Source: Gammaproteobacteria bacterium
GTDB lineage: Bacteria; Pseudomonadota; Gammaproteobacteria; UBA9214
Direction of reading: 5' to 3'
Assembly: GCA_035527955.1 (NCBI GenBank)
Contig: DATKZN010000049.1
Span: 1-56,744, forward strand
DNA: 56,744 nucleotides
The notes beneath the pieces are model-generated. The model searched no databases. It had not been told where the DNA came from and saw only the letters and a program-made list of their open reading frames with translations. Below are positions 29,291 through 39,039 of this stretch, one piece after another (position 1 is the stretch's first letter; each line of letters begins with the position of its first letter). The position numbers were made by a program, and so were the translations under genes.

Positions 29291-29418
29291 CTAGCCCGCG
29301 TTTCTCACCGGGCGACTATTGACGGACATAATGAATTCAAATCCTGAAAGTGATACCCATTCGGCAATAAACAGTGTGTCATTGGGCAGTGCCTATCCCG
29401 GTGAGTAATGCGGGCTAG
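29291..29418. mobile_element. MITE copy 3 (128 bp, diverged TIRs)
   Basis: The ends are CTAGCCCGCGTTTCTCACCGGG ... CCCGGTGAGTAATGCGGGCTAG. The core is closest to the host part of copy 1. The right-hand CTAG supplies the ygjP stop codon. Confidence 0.85.
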
Positions 29419-30122
29419 CGCAGCGGCAAGCTGTTTAACCGGTCTTTGTGCTCACGCCAGCCGGGCAGGAAGCGGTCCATGAAGGCATGAAAGCGCGGGT
29501 TATGACGTCGCTCCAGCAAGTGCACCATTTCATGCACGACAACGTATTCCAGGCATTCTGATGGCGCCCTGGCGAGCTCCAGGTTCAGCCAGATGCGCCG
29601 CGCCCGGGGGTTGCAGCTGCCCCAGCGGGTCTTCATCTGCTTCACCCCGAACGCCTGCACCTGCACGCCCATGCGCGGCTGGTGCCCGGCAATCAGCGCC
29701 GGCAGGGTCGCTTTCAGGTGCCGGCGATACCAGGCATCGAGCAGCGCGCGGCGTTGCTCCACGCTCGCGCCCGGGCACACCTGCAATACCAGGCTGTCAT
29801 CCCCGAGCGCCACCCGGGCAGGTGCATGACGCTCTATCACCTTCAGCACATAGCGCCGCCCGCTGAACCAGTGGCGCTCGCCATCGGCATACCGGCAGGC
29901 AGGCGGGTCATGACGGACAGCCAGGCGCAGCTGGTGTTTCCTGATCCAGCCCAGCCTGTCGAGGACGAACGCACTGATAAATTCCTCCGGCATCGCTACG
30001 GGCGCCGACACCTTCACCCTGCCATCAGGCGCATGCACGCTGAGCCGCAAGGTCCGGATATCCTTCCTGGTGATTTCGACGGCGATACCGTCCGGCAGCC
30101 GCTGCAGAATCGACGTATTCAT
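29415..30122 (-). CDS. ygjP: M48-family metallopeptidase (YgjP/DUF45)
   Basis: Trimmed to MNTSILQRL. WGSCNPRARRIWLNLEL and VVHEMVHLLERRHNPRFH (HExxH) are the DUF45 hallmarks. Confidence 0.9.
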   Translation of the reverse strand: MNTSILQRLPDGIAVEITRKDIRTLRLSVHAPDGRVKVSAPVAMPEEFISAFVLDRLGWIRKHQLRLAVRHDPPACRYADGERHWFSGRRYVLKVIERHAPARVALGDDSLVLQVCPGASVEQRRALLDAWYRRHLKATLPALIAGHQPRMGVQVQAFGVKQMKTRWGSCNPRARRIWLNLELARAPSECLEYVVVHEMVHLLERRHNPRFHAFMDRFLPGWREHKDRLNSLPLR

Positions 30123-30165
30123 GTCGCATCCGGTCGCGGCAACCGGCGCTGGCACTGTGTGCCGC

Positions 30166-30690
30166 TCAGCGCGGATCCTGCCGGCAGTCGGGGAACAGCC
30201 CGGGATCCATCTCGACCCGCCGGCAGCGGCCGCTGGTATAGGTGGTCAGGCTGCGGTTGCTGCTTTCGTCGCGTTCCGCCTCTTCCATGTCCCGCAGCTG
30301 CCGGGCCAGGTTGCAACCCTCGGTATCGGCACACTCGTCTTCCCTGCCGCACACCCGGCGGACCAGCTTTTCGCAGGGCGAATAACCCACGATATGCTGC
30401 ACGTCCCAGTCTTCTTCTTCCTCGAACCTGGGCCGTTCGCGCGCCTCGAGCACGGGCTCGTTAGGCACCACCACGCCCTGGCGGATGATGAGCACAGAGC
30501 CGTCCTGCAGGCGGTGGGTGCCGTCCCACATCGGTGCCGACACACCGTCACGGGTGACCGTGGCGCGATTGGTGTCAGGATCGACGGTTACCCGGCTCCC
30601 GTCCTGCATGCCGAAATAGGTGTCCGACGCCCTGACCGCGGCCAGCGGCAGGATCAGCAGGAGAAACAACAAACGAAGTGCGGGTTTCAT
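30166..30690 (-). CDS. secreted Cys-containing hypothetical protein (174 aa)
   Basis: Signal peptide MKPALRLLFLLLILPLAAVRA. The C-terminal half has an acidic stretch and 6 Cys. No family recognised. Confidence 0.6.
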   Translation of the reverse strand: MKPALRLLFLLLILPLAAVRASDTYFGMQDGSRVTVDPDTNRATVTRDGVSAPMWDGTHRLQDGSVLIIRQGVVVPNEPVLEARERPRFEEEEDWDVQHIVGYSPCEKLVRRVCGREDECADTEGCNLARQLRDMEEAERDESSNRSLTTYTSGRCRRVEMDPGLFPDCRQDPR

Positions 30691-30744
30691 GGGGTCATCT
30701 CACTTGGCAACAGCAGGCACTCTGAGCGGCCTTGCGAGCCAATT

Positions 30745-31425
30745 CTAGCGCAAATTGCGCCCTGCCTGCTGTCCGGCGTCAATTTTTACGCCCTCGATCA
30801 GCATATAGGTGTCGTCTTTCAGGAATTTCACGTCGGATATCAGTAGTCCGGCGTCAGTCTTGAGGTATGCCAGGGTGTTTCGATCAAACCGGGCGCCGTA
30901 TATTTTCTCGACCAGCCAGGCCAGGCGCCGCTGCCGCCGCCTCAGCCCGGGATCCCTGGAATAGACGATTTCAAGGATACGAAACCTGCCGCCCGGTCTC
31001 AGGACCCGCCCGAACTGTGCGATGGCCAGTGGCTGCAACTCATCCGGCATCACACAGCAAAGGAAGGTTGACAGCAACCAGTCGCAACTCGACGTTTCGA
31101 TGTGGTTGAGGTGACAGGCATCATCACAGATATATTCGATTTGGCAGGCGGCATTCCGGCTTTTTCTGCGGGCCATGTTCAGCATGTTCTGACTGATATC
31201 GACGGCCTTCACATGGACGGACGGGTGGTAATGATTCAGGTTATTGCCGGTACCGACGCCCACTTCGACTACATCGCCCCTGATGTCATTCAGGATTGAC
31301 GGGCGCCACTTGCGGTACTGCAACTCCCAGGGGTAATCCAGCACGTCGTAAAAACAGGACACCCACTGATATTTCTGTCGCAGCGACCGGTTCGAACGAT
31401 GTGCATGCGCGGAAGTATCACCCAT
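30745..31425 (-). CDS. class I SAM-dependent methyltransferase
   Basis: Trimmed to MGDTSAHAH. Motif I is VVEVGVGTGNNL and post-I is VKAVDIS. LRPGGRF is also present. Confidence 0.85.
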   Translation of the reverse strand: MGDTSAHAHRSNRSLRQKYQWVSCFYDVLDYPWELQYRKWRPSILNDIRGDVVEVGVGTGNNLNHYHPSVHVKAVDISQNMLNMARRKSRNAACQIEYICDDACHLNHIETSSCDWLLSTFLCCVMPDELQPLAIAQFGRVLRPGGRFRILEIVYSRDPGLRRRQRRLAWLVEKIYGARFDRNTLAYLKTDAGLLISDVKFLKDDTYMLIEGVKIDAGQQAGRNLR

Positions 31426-31517
31426 CACAGTCCTGACAACAGCCGTTTCAGTATGCCGCCAAGACGGGAAAGACGACCAGGGAAAACCGCCTCCAATTCC
31501 AGTGCCGCCCTTGCCGT

Positions 31518-32705
31518 TCAACCCGCCTGCTGCACCTTACCGGGCGTGGCCATACGTAAAATCACATATCCCAGTATCGCGGCGGCCACCGAGCCGACCA
31601 GGATGCCGAGCCGGTCATCGACGGCGAAATCGGGACCGCCCTGCTCGAAGGCGAGCGAGCTGATGAACAGGCTCATGGTGAAACCGATGCCGCACAGCGC
31701 GGACACCCCGTACAGCTGCAGCCAGCTGGCGCCTTGCGGCAGTCTGGCCAGGCCGGCCCTGATCGCGAGCCAGGACAGGCCGAATACGCCGACCTGGTTG
31801 CCGACGAACAGGCCCGCCGCGATGCCGAGTGGAACCGGGTGCAACAGCGAATCGAGCGTCAGCCCGTCGAACGAGATGCCCGTATTGGCGAAGGCAAACA
31901 GGGGCAGGATGCCGTACACCACGGCCGGGTGCAGGTCATGCTCCAGCCTCTCCAGCTGCGTGTGCGCCTCGCCTGGCTCCCGCGCATAGGGGATAAACAG
32001 CGCTGCCAGTACGCCGGCCAGGGTGGCGTGCACACCGGACTTGAGCACCGCCGCCCACAGCACCACGCCGACCAGCAGGTACGGGGCCAGCGCCAGCACG
32101 CCGAAACGATTCAGCGCGAACAGCACGCCCAGCGCCGCTGCGGCGATCAGCAGCGAGGACAGCGACAGGTCGGCCGTGTAGAAAACCGCGATGATCACGA
32201 TCGCGCCCAGGTCATCGACGATGGCCAGCGTCATCAGGAACAGCTTGAGCGTGTTCGGCACCCGGCTGCCGAGCAGCGCAAGTACGCCGAGCGCGAACGC
32301 GATATCGGTGGCCGACGGAATGGCCCAGCCCTTCAGGGCCACCGCGTCACCCCAGTTGATCGCGGCATAGATGGCGGCCGGCACGGCCATACCGCCGACA
32401 GCCGCAACCATCGGCAGCACGATGCGGGAGGGCTCGGACAGTTCGCCGTCGAGGATTTCGCGTTTCACTTCCAGGCCGATCAGGAAAAAGAAGATCGCCA
32501 TCAGGCCGTCATTGATCCAGAGCAGCAGCGGCTTGGCAATCTCGAACTCGCCGATGCGTATTTCCACCCGCGTGCCCAGCAGGGCATCGTAGAGGCCGCT
32601 GGCCGCCGAGTTCTCGACCAGCATGGCCAGCATGGCGGCCAGGAACAGCAGGATGCCGCCGGTCGCCTCGAATCGCAGAAATTCGGTCAGCGCTTTAAAC
32701 ACCAT
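31518..32705 (-). CDS. nhaA: Na+/H+ antiporter NhaA
   Basis: 395 aa and polytopic. [14 protein letters not shown] carries the conserved Asp-Asp pair, and FIPxA is present. Confidence 0.95.
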   Translation of the reverse strand: MVFKALTEFLRFEATGGILLFLAAMLAMLVENSAASGLYDALLGTRVEIRIGEFEIAKPLLLWINDGLMAIFFFLIGLEVKREILDGELSEPSRIVLPMVAAVGGMAVPAAIYAAINWGDAVALKGWAIPSATDIAFALGVLALLGSRVPNTLKLFLMTLAIVDDLGAIVIIAVFYTADLSLSSLLIAAAALGVLFALNRFGVLALAPYLLVGVVLWAAVLKSGVHATLAGVLAALFIPYAREPGEAHTQLERLEHDLHPAVVYGILPLFAFANTGISFDGLTLDSLLHPVPLGIAAGLFVGNQVGVFGLSWLAIRAGLARLPQGASWLQLYGVSALCGIGFTMSLFISSLAFEQGGPDFAVDDRLGILVGSVAAAILGYVILRMATPGKVQQAG

Positions 32706-32842
32706 GGACGCTTCAGCCCCTCAGTAGTCACCGGCTTGCCGCGATGATAGATGATTAACGGCAGCGACGCGATTTTGCCGCCAGGCGCGGCGGCAATGTC
32801 TGCCTGGGAATTCCGCATGTTCATCGCAACTCCCGTTCAATC

Positions 32843-33460
32843 TTACCCGATGGCAGCCAGCCACGAGCGCAGGGTGGCCGCAGCGGCCGGCGTCGACAGC
32901 CAGCCCAGCGCAGCGCAGTTCACCATCACCGTTACCAGGAACACGGCCCGGAATGACCGCTTGCGGGACTTGTGACGCAGCTGTTGCTGCGCCACGAGCG
33001 CCCCTGGCCAGCCGCCCGCCAGTGCCAGCAGGTGCAGGGTGCTTTCCTGTGTGCGCCAGGCACCTTTCCTGGCAGCGGTTTTGTCGAGGGCGTAGACGAG
33101 GAACGTGATCAGGCTGGCAAACACATACAGGGCAAGCATCCAGTCGGGGAGCTTTTCCATCAGTACAGCCGCGACCAGCAGCACGGAAAACACTGCTGCG
33201 CCCATGACCGACAGCGGAACAGTCCGGCGTGTTGTTGTTCGTGGCGAACGATCACCGGCCAGGATGGCGTCTGCAGCGCAGGGACGTCCCTGCCTGTCGG
33301 CAGACAGGGTGTAGCTTAGCGACGCGTTCAACTCAGGGCGCAGGTTGCGGTTGGCAAAGGCCCGGATATGCACGAACACCTGTTTCCCGCCGCCGGCAGG
33401 CGCAATGAACCCGTACCCCCTGGCATCGTTCCAGGACGTGATTCTTCCCTTGCTACGCAC
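32843..33460 (-). CDS. cold-shock domain / DUF1294 membrane fusion protein
   Basis: The N-terminus GRITSWNDARGYGFIA is a CSD RNP-like motif. The C-terminus ALDKTAARKGAWRTQESTLHLLALAGGWPGALVAQQQLRHKSRK matches DUF1294. Confidence 0.85.
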   Translation of the reverse strand: MRSKGRITSWNDARGYGFIAPAGGGKQVFVHIRAFANRNLRPELNASLSYTLSADRQGRPCAADAILAGDRSPRTTTRRTVPLSVMGAAVFSVLLVAAVLMEKLPDWMLALYVFASLITFLVYALDKTAARKGAWRTQESTLHLLALAGGWPGALVAQQQLRHKSRKRSFRAVFLVTVMVNCAALGWLSTPAAAATLRSWLAAIG

Positions 33461-33524
33461 CGCGTCTTTTATCCCTGGCGAAGAACCGGATCGACCGGAG
33501 GTTTACTGCGTCCATCGTGGCTGC

Positions 33525-34217
33525 TCAGTCCGGCGCGTTTGCGGTAATCGGGGCCGGCACATCGAAGAAATCGACGACGCCCGTTTCCAGCGAATACTCG
33601 GCGCCGACCACCAGCAGGCCCTCTTCCCGGATCAGACGTTCGAGCACTTCCGAGCCGTGCCGCAGAAAATTGGCGGAAACCCGCACATTGGCTCGCACGG
33701 CATTCGACATCAGGGCCGCCGGGTCCTGGCCGAGTTCCGTCGCCAGCAAGCCCTCCACCGAGGGCCGGATGCGATCCACGATCGAACTCAGGTTGCGCGA
33801 ACGTTTCTCGGTCGGCCGCTGCAGTTCCTCGAGGGTCGCCTGCACCGCCCCGCACAGGGTATGTCCCAGCACCACGACCAGCCGCGTGCCGTGACGCTCC
33901 GCGGCGAACTCGACGCTGCCGATCTGCGAGGGCGCGACGATATTGCCCGCCACGCGGATCACGAACAGGTCACCGAGACCCTGGTCGAAGACAATCTCCA
34001 CCGGGACCCGCGAGTCGGAACAGCCGAGGATGACCGCAAACGGTTCCTGGCCGGCCACGAAATCGCTGCGCCGCAACTGGCTCAGGACCGTTTCGAGACT
34101 GCGCACACCGCCCGCGAAACGGCGGTTGCCCTCGCGCAGGCGTTCGAGCGCCTCAAGTGCCGTGATCAAGATCCTCTCTCCTCGTGTTGCTCGCCCCATA
34201 CAAGCGGGGTCATACAT
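33525..34217 (-). CDS. beta-class carbonic anhydrase
   Basis: Zinc ligand motifs CSDSRVP and GHTLCGAV are present. The start may be the M seven codons downstream. Confidence 0.9.
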   Translation of the reverse strand: MYDPACMGRATRGERILITALEALERLREGNRRFAGGVRSLETVLSQLRRSDFVAGQEPFAVILGCSDSRVPVEIVFDQGLGDLFVIRVAGNIVAPSQIGSVEFAAERHGTRLVVVLGHTLCGAVQATLEELQRPTEKRSRNLSSIVDRIRPSVEGLLATELGQDPAALMSNAVRANVRVSANFLRHGSEVLERLIREEGLLVVGAEYSLETGVVDFFDVPAPITANAPD

Positions 34218-34282
34218 CCCTTATCAGGCCCGATACGTGGCCGACATCCTGCCAGGAGGACTCTGATGCAGAGTTGTTTCGC

Positions 34283-34310
34283 GTCATTGCGAGCGTAGCG
34301 AAGCATTCTC
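34283..34310. repeat. short palindromic intergenic element (GTCATTGCGAGCGTAGCGAAGCATTCTC)
   Basis: Inverted partner of the element at 26812-26839 (24 of 28 nt). Lies between the yjdM pseudogene and the carbonic anhydrase gene. Confidence 0.4.
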
Positions 34311-34414
34311 GCAGCTGCAAGATCGGGGGCATGAATATTGGTGCGTCGCCCGGCTCCGCGGAAGGACAAATCAATCGGCAGCCCTGGCCAATCAAATGGA
34401 TTCCGTGAGTGCGT

Positions 34415-34758
34415 TTACTGCGCCTTCCTGACAAACTCCGACTTCAATTTCATCGCACCAATGCCGTCGATTTTACAGTCGATATCGTGATCACCGTCAA
34501 CGAGGCGTATGTTTTTGACCCGGGTACCACCTTGACCACCGACGATGAGCCTTTCACCTTCAGGTCCTTGATGACCGTAACAGAGTCACCGTCATTCAGT
34601 ACATTGCCGTAGGCGTCATTGACAACCCGCGCCTCATCGACGCTCCCGACTGCCCCGTCTATTGCCCATTCATGCGCGCATTCCGGACAGACATACAGGG
34701 CTCCGTCTTCGTATACATATTCCGACTGGCATTCCGGGCACCCTGGTAAATCGCTCAT
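34415..34758 (-). pseudogene. yjdM: yjdM/phnA zinc-ribbon protein gene with a 1-nt frameshift
   Basis: The N-terminus [31 protein letters not shown]...[17 protein letters not shown] is canonical. After about position 34530 the conserved continuation [37 protein letters not shown] is read in the +1 frame, ending at TAA 34415-34417. The ORF-track frame instead gives an unrelated tail. Confidence 0.75.
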
Positions 34759-34925
34759 GTCCTTTCCCGTATTCAGTTTGGCCCACGCTTGTCATGGGCG
34801 GCCTGCCCTGCCTGGCGGGCTTGACCTCCTTGCAGCAAGGATTGACCTCACGCCTGGCGAGAACGGCGCCATTTCAGCACGCAGCCGCCCGGCAACACTA
34901 TTCAGGCAGGACCGGTGTTACCCCG

Positions 34926-35483
34926 CTATTTCATCCTTGAGTCCAGCTTGATGGTTTCACCGGCGACCATAAAGCTGCCACGCCCGAGGTGATGGAGCGT
35001 GCGCGGGTTCTTCACTGCCGGGTCGATCCACGCCTTGATGACTTCAAGGACGAACAGGCTGTACCTGGCCACCATCTGCCGGTCGGCCACCCGACACTCG
35101 AGATTTGCATGGCACTCTTCGATAAGTGGCGCACCGACAAGCGCGGCAGGTGCAGGGCTGAGGCGAAAGGTCTCGAACTTGTCTATGTCCGCACCAGAGG
35201 TATTGCCGCAGCCCACGACCTGTTCAGCCAGCTCCACCGTGGGGATGTTAATGACACATTCGCCGGCCGCATTCAACAGGCCGAACGAATAATTGCGATC
35301 GCTGATGACGCAACCCGCCAGTGGCGGCTCGAACTCCATCATTGTGTGCCATGACAGGGTCATGATATTCGGGCGCTCACTCCCGGCGGTTGTAACAAGC
35401 ACGACCGGTCCTGGCTCAAGCAGGCCATAAACCTTCGACAGAGGAAATGATTTCCTGCTCATATCGGCATTATGTCTGGACAA
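34926..35483 (-). CDS. flavin reductase-like (FMN-binding split-barrel) protein
   Basis: LLEPGPVVLVTT...NIMTLSWHTMMEFEPPL fits the flavin reductase domain pattern. Confidence 0.8.
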   Translation of the reverse strand: MSRHNADMSRKSFPLSKVYGLLEPGPVVLVTTAGSERPNIMTLSWHTMMEFEPPLAGCVISDRNYSFGLLNAAGECVINIPTVELAEQVVGCGNTSGADIDKFETFRLSPAPAALVGAPLIEECHANLECRVADRQMVARYSLFVLEVIKAWIDPAVKNPRTLHHLGRGSFMVAGETIKLDSRMK

Positions 35484-35667
35484 CGGGCGGTAATTTCATA
35501 CTTGCCATTTAAACACCTCAACCAGCATCTTGTCCCACTGAAGACATGTGTCTACTGCAACGACCCCGGCCCAGCACCTGACGGCGCGAGCATGTGTGGC
35601 TACGCGTGCCATCCGCTATTGGGCGCCGGGACCAACACCTTCCCGGGCCTGCAATTCAAACCCGCCG

Positions 35668-36006
35668 TCAGGCTTTCCTGCCCGGCCGCTTCGACCTTAC
35701 CGCTGCCTCGTATGCGCGATTCGCCCAGATCATGGCTTCATCGGGGTCTTCAAATATTTCCTCGGGAGCAAGGTAATACGACATGCTTATTCGCTTTCCT
35801 ACCCTGACGTATTCGAACGCATCCAGCCCGCGCCGCGTGAAGTATCCGGAAGTCCCGGCGTCAGCCTTCAGATACAGGACGTCATCGACCACCAGCGCGA
35901 ACATGATATCGTTGTGGTAGATGCCATAGCCCCCGAACATGCGGCGCGCGCGAATGGAACCGAAAGGCTCGAACACTTCGTTCAGGTATTCGACGAATTC
36001 GCTCAT
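35668..36006 (-). CDS. TfoX N-terminal domain protein
   Basis: Trimmed to MSEFVEYLNEVF. RRMFGGYGIYHNDIMFALVVDDVLYLKAD is the TfoX_N signature. Confidence 0.85.
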   Translation of the reverse strand: MSEFVEYLNEVFEPFGSIRARRMFGGYGIYHNDIMFALVVDDVLYLKADAGTSGYFTRRGLDAFEYVRVGKRISMSYYLAPEEIFEDPDEAMIWANRAYEAAVRSKRPGRKA

Positions 36007-36190
36007 TCTGAGACAGGGTAACGTTGGAAGTCTGCCGTCGACGATGGGGCGCCAGCGACGCAATTTCAATGGGGTCAGACTCGATCGATTCGACGCAAAA
36101 TTGACAACTCATTGAAGTCTGACCTTTTTTGATTCGTTCGATTCAAGACGATTGCCAGGCGATTATTTCATTGATCATGTTATTGCGCCC

Positions 36191-36811
36191 TCAGACAGTG
36201 AGTGCATGCCTCCTGTATACCACCATCACTATTAACACCATAGACGCCGCAGCAATTACAGCCGGAAACAATACTGTTGTAGCTGAATAACTCTCAAGCG
36301 CCATTATGACAATGAGATTGCGGGCCATGAATAGAGAAAAAAACTGCAATGATTCCGAATGAGGATGGCTATATGCTTTCCTGACCGTCGGCCCAAACCC
36401 GAGAACATCGACTGTCGTGAGAATCACAACAGCCCATAACGGGTCGGACGTAAAATACCAAAACGGCAAAGATGCCATTGCCGAAACAAGAAACAAATAG
36501 TCCGTACTGGTGATCGAAATATCTGCCGGTTTCAAATATGCCAGCAGGGCAATAAATAGGGTAATAGCTCCGGAAATACCGATCGGCCAGGCCCCGACAC
36601 CCCCGCCACCCTGAAGCTGCGCAAGAAATACTGCAAATGTAGTTGCACCCCAGATGAGCCAGGAAAATACGTGTGGCCTGGTAGCGTCATTGATGATTGA
36701 CCTGATATAGGGAAAAAATGCGATAAGGGTGAGAGCAACAGCAATCGCGCTCAATATCCCTTTACAGAAAATGATCCAGTTTACGGTCATCATTAATGGT
36801 GTCAGATACAA
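36191..36811 (-). CDS. polytopic membrane protein of unknown function on a low-GC islet
   Basis: 206 aa with 6-7 hydrophobic helices. Base composition is far lower in GC than the flanks (see finding). The start may be the internal MTVNW. No family recognised. Confidence 0.6.
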   Translation of the reverse strand: MYLTPLMMTVNWIIFCKGILSAIAVALTLIAFFPYIRSIINDATRPHVFSWLIWGATTFAVFLAQLQGGGGVGAWPIGISGAITLFIALLAYLKPADISITSTDYLFLVSAMASLPFWYFTSDPLWAVVILTTVDVLGFGPTVRKAYSHPHSESLQFFSLFMARNLIVIMALESYSATTVLFPAVIAAASMVLIVMVVYRRHALTV

Positions 36812-36829
36812 GAGTGCATTTATGTATAG

Positions 36830-37732
36830 TTATTCGGGGACAGCAAACACCCTGACTGCATTTCGATAAGCGATCCGTTCGGCCACCGCTTCCGGCAATT
36901 GCGCCAGCCAGTGCCGGATGCGCGTCGCGACCACGCCGTATTTCTCCCAGCGAGCGACGCTGAAGGTATCCACACCTACCATGAAGCGGTCCGTGTATTC
37001 CCAGAGCAGACGTTCCCACTCCGGGTCGAGTTCGCCGTCCGGTGCAATGCGTGCATCTCGCATCGACAGGTCAAGGTACAGGTGCGGATACCTGTCCAGG
37101 TAGTCTGCCAGCAGCGCCGGATACGGATAGGCACCGGCATGGGCCCAGACGACACGCGCTCCAGGGCTGTGTTCGTACAGGCTGTCGATAACGGCCGGAT
37201 CGCAGTGCAGCAACAGCGGCAGGCCCCGTCGGCTTGCCAGCTCCACGATGCGGAGAAAGACCGGGCTGCGACGCTGACCGGCAAACAGATGCAACTCGCC
37301 CACACCGCGCCACGGCCCGTCACGCAACTGCTGCTCTACCCGAGCGGGTAGTCCGGGGTCCTGCGTCCAGTCCTGCCTGTCTTCCGGCTTCAGATATACA
37401 CCGAGCAGGGGGATGATCATTCCGGGCGCGGCCTCATACAGGCGCAGCGCCTGCCCGGGAGGCAGACCGGTCACGACAGCGCGCGTTACGCCGCCGGCTT
37501 CCAGAACGTTGATTATCTGTCGTGTTGTATACCGGCTGGCGGAATTCGAGTCGTAGTGCAGATGGGTGTCAAACATGGGTCGTAGCGCCGGTGCAGCCAG
37601 GGCAGGCAACAGGGTCAGTAACGAGGCTAGCAGCGCGGAATGCGTTTTCACTGCAAATAAAGTGCAATCAGGGAAAGAAAAGGTATCAGGTACAAGCTTC
37701 GCTGAATTCAGGAAATATTTTCTCTGACACAT
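36830..37732 (-). CDS. amidohydrolase-family (TIM-barrel metal hydrolase) protein with signal peptide
   Basis: ALLASLLTLLPALAAPA is followed by FDTHLHY (HxH metal motif), then LLLHCD and VWAHAG. The exact start is uncertain; it abuts the amgK stop. Confidence 0.75.
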   Translation of the reverse strand: MCQRKYFLNSAKLVPDTFSFPDCTLFAVKTHSALLASLLTLLPALAAPALRPMFDTHLHYDSNSASRYTTRQIINVLEAGGVTRAVVTGLPPGQALRLYEAAPGMIIPLLGVYLKPEDRQDWTQDPGLPARVEQQLRDGPWRGVGELHLFAGQRRSPVFLRIVELASRRGLPLLLHCDPAVIDSLYEHSPGARVVWAHAGAYPYPALLADYLDRYPHLYLDLSMRDARIAPDGELDPEWERLLWEYTDRFMVGVDTFSVARWEKYGVVATRIRHWLAQLPEAVAERIAYRNAVRVFAVPE

Positions 37733-38719
37733 TTATCCCAACCTCGCCAGTACCTCGTTTTCGACGAACGCGCACAGCGGCGCAAGCGCTGCATGCCGCT
37801 CCGCCATGTCGGTGATGTAACCGATCGTGCGCGGGATATCGCCGAGGTAGCCCGGCTTGCCGTCGCGGTGGTTGAGCCGGGCGAAGATGCCGCTGGCCTT
37901 GAGGTGGCGCTGCACACCCATGAGGTCGAACCAGCGCAGGAACTGTGCCGGGTCCCCGTGTTCCTCGCGCAGGATGCCGGTCTGGATGGCAAGCTCCTGG
38001 TAGCCCAGCGCCCAGTCCTCCACGCGTGCACGTGGCCAGGCGATGTAGCAGTCGCGCAGCAGCGATACCAGGTCGTAGGTGACCGGTCCGCACACTGCGT
38101 CCTGGAAGTCGAGGATGCCGGGGTTGTTGCGTGCTGTCAGCATCAGGTTGCGCGAGTGGTAGTCACGGTGCACGAACACCTGTGGCTGCGCCAGTGCGTT
38201 GTCAGCCAGCAGGGCGAAGGCCGCATCGAGCATGGCGTTGTGCGCATCACTCAATGTGATAGCGAGATGTTTACCTGCCAGCCACTCGCGGAACAACTCC
38301 ATTTCGCGCAGCAGCAGTGCACGGTCGTAGGGCGGCAGCCCATCGCAGGCACAGGTCTGGAGGGTGGCCAGCGCGCCCAGCGCATCGCCGTACAGCCGTT
38401 CCACACTGGCCTCGTTCAGCGCGCCGAGATAGGGCGTGCTGCCCAGGTCGGACAGCAACAGGAAACCCTGGCCGAGGTCCTCGTCGAGAACCTCGGGTGC
38501 GTTAAGGCCGGCATCGAACAGCTGTCTGGCGACCCGGATGAACGGGCGCGAGTCTTCCCTGTCCGGTGGCGCGTCCATGACGATGAAGCTCGCGCCATCA
38601 TGCACCACGCGGAAGTAGCGCCGGAAGCTGGCGTCGCTCGAAGCCGGCGCCAGGGTGTAGTCGCTGAATTCGAGTTCGGATTCAAGCCAGCGTTTGAGTT
38701 GTTCGAGGCGTTCGGGCAC
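37733..38719 (-). CDS. amgK: N-acetylmuramate/N-acetylglucosamine kinase-like aminoglycoside phosphotransferase-family protein
   Basis: 328 aa. The Brenner motif VHRDYHSRNLML and ILDFQDA are present. Its position next to lptD matches amgK in pseudomonads. Confidence 0.8.
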   Translation of the reverse strand: MPERLEQLKRWLESELEFSDYTLAPASSDASFRRYFRVVHDGASFIVMDAPPDREDSRPFIRVARQLFDAGLNAPEVLDEDLGQGFLLLSDLGSTPYLGALNEASVERLYGDALGALATLQTCACDGLPPYDRALLLREMELFREWLAGKHLAITLSDAHNAMLDAAFALLADNALAQPQVFVHRDYHSRNLMLTARNNPGILDFQDAVCGPVTYDLVSLLRDCYIAWPRARVEDWALGYQELAIQTGILREEHGDPAQFLRWFDLMGVQRHLKASGIFARLNHRDGKPGYLGDIPRTIGYITDMAERHAALAPLCAFVENEVLARLG

Positions 38720-38965
38720 GGGTTGGTTTGCCTTGTGCGGGTGATCAAGAGAGAAAAATATTACCCCGGTTTGCGGGCGGAGGCCATGCGTCTGTCAGGT
38801 CACGGGAGATCGATTGATGCAGTTCGTAGCTCACCGCATCTACAGGCACCACCCCGAATCGGGCATAAAAGCAATGAATTCCCAGGATTGTCATTCCCAG
38901 GCATGGTGAGAAAACAAGAAATTCAGGCCTATGCTGGCAGTGAACATGAATTAATGTCTCGGTGT

Positions 38966-39023
38966 TCTCTGCGACCTCTGTGGCATTTTTCCTCTGCGCC
39001 TCTGCGTGTCTGCGCCTCTGCGC
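38966..39023. repeat. degenerate tandem octamers (TCTCTGCG / CCTCTGTG / CCTCTGCG / CCTCTGCG / TGTCTGCG / CCTCTGCG)
   Basis: Read directly in the amgK / RND-pump spacer. The same spacer also has a direct repeat ATTCCCAGG x2 at about 38877-38905. Confidence 0.5.
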
Positions 39024-39039
39024 GAGGGAGGTTTTCACG

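Noticed and set aside
38966-39023. A possible CRISPR-like array.
   Set aside because: The repeats are only 8 nt, contiguous or nearly so, with no spacers and no cas genes.
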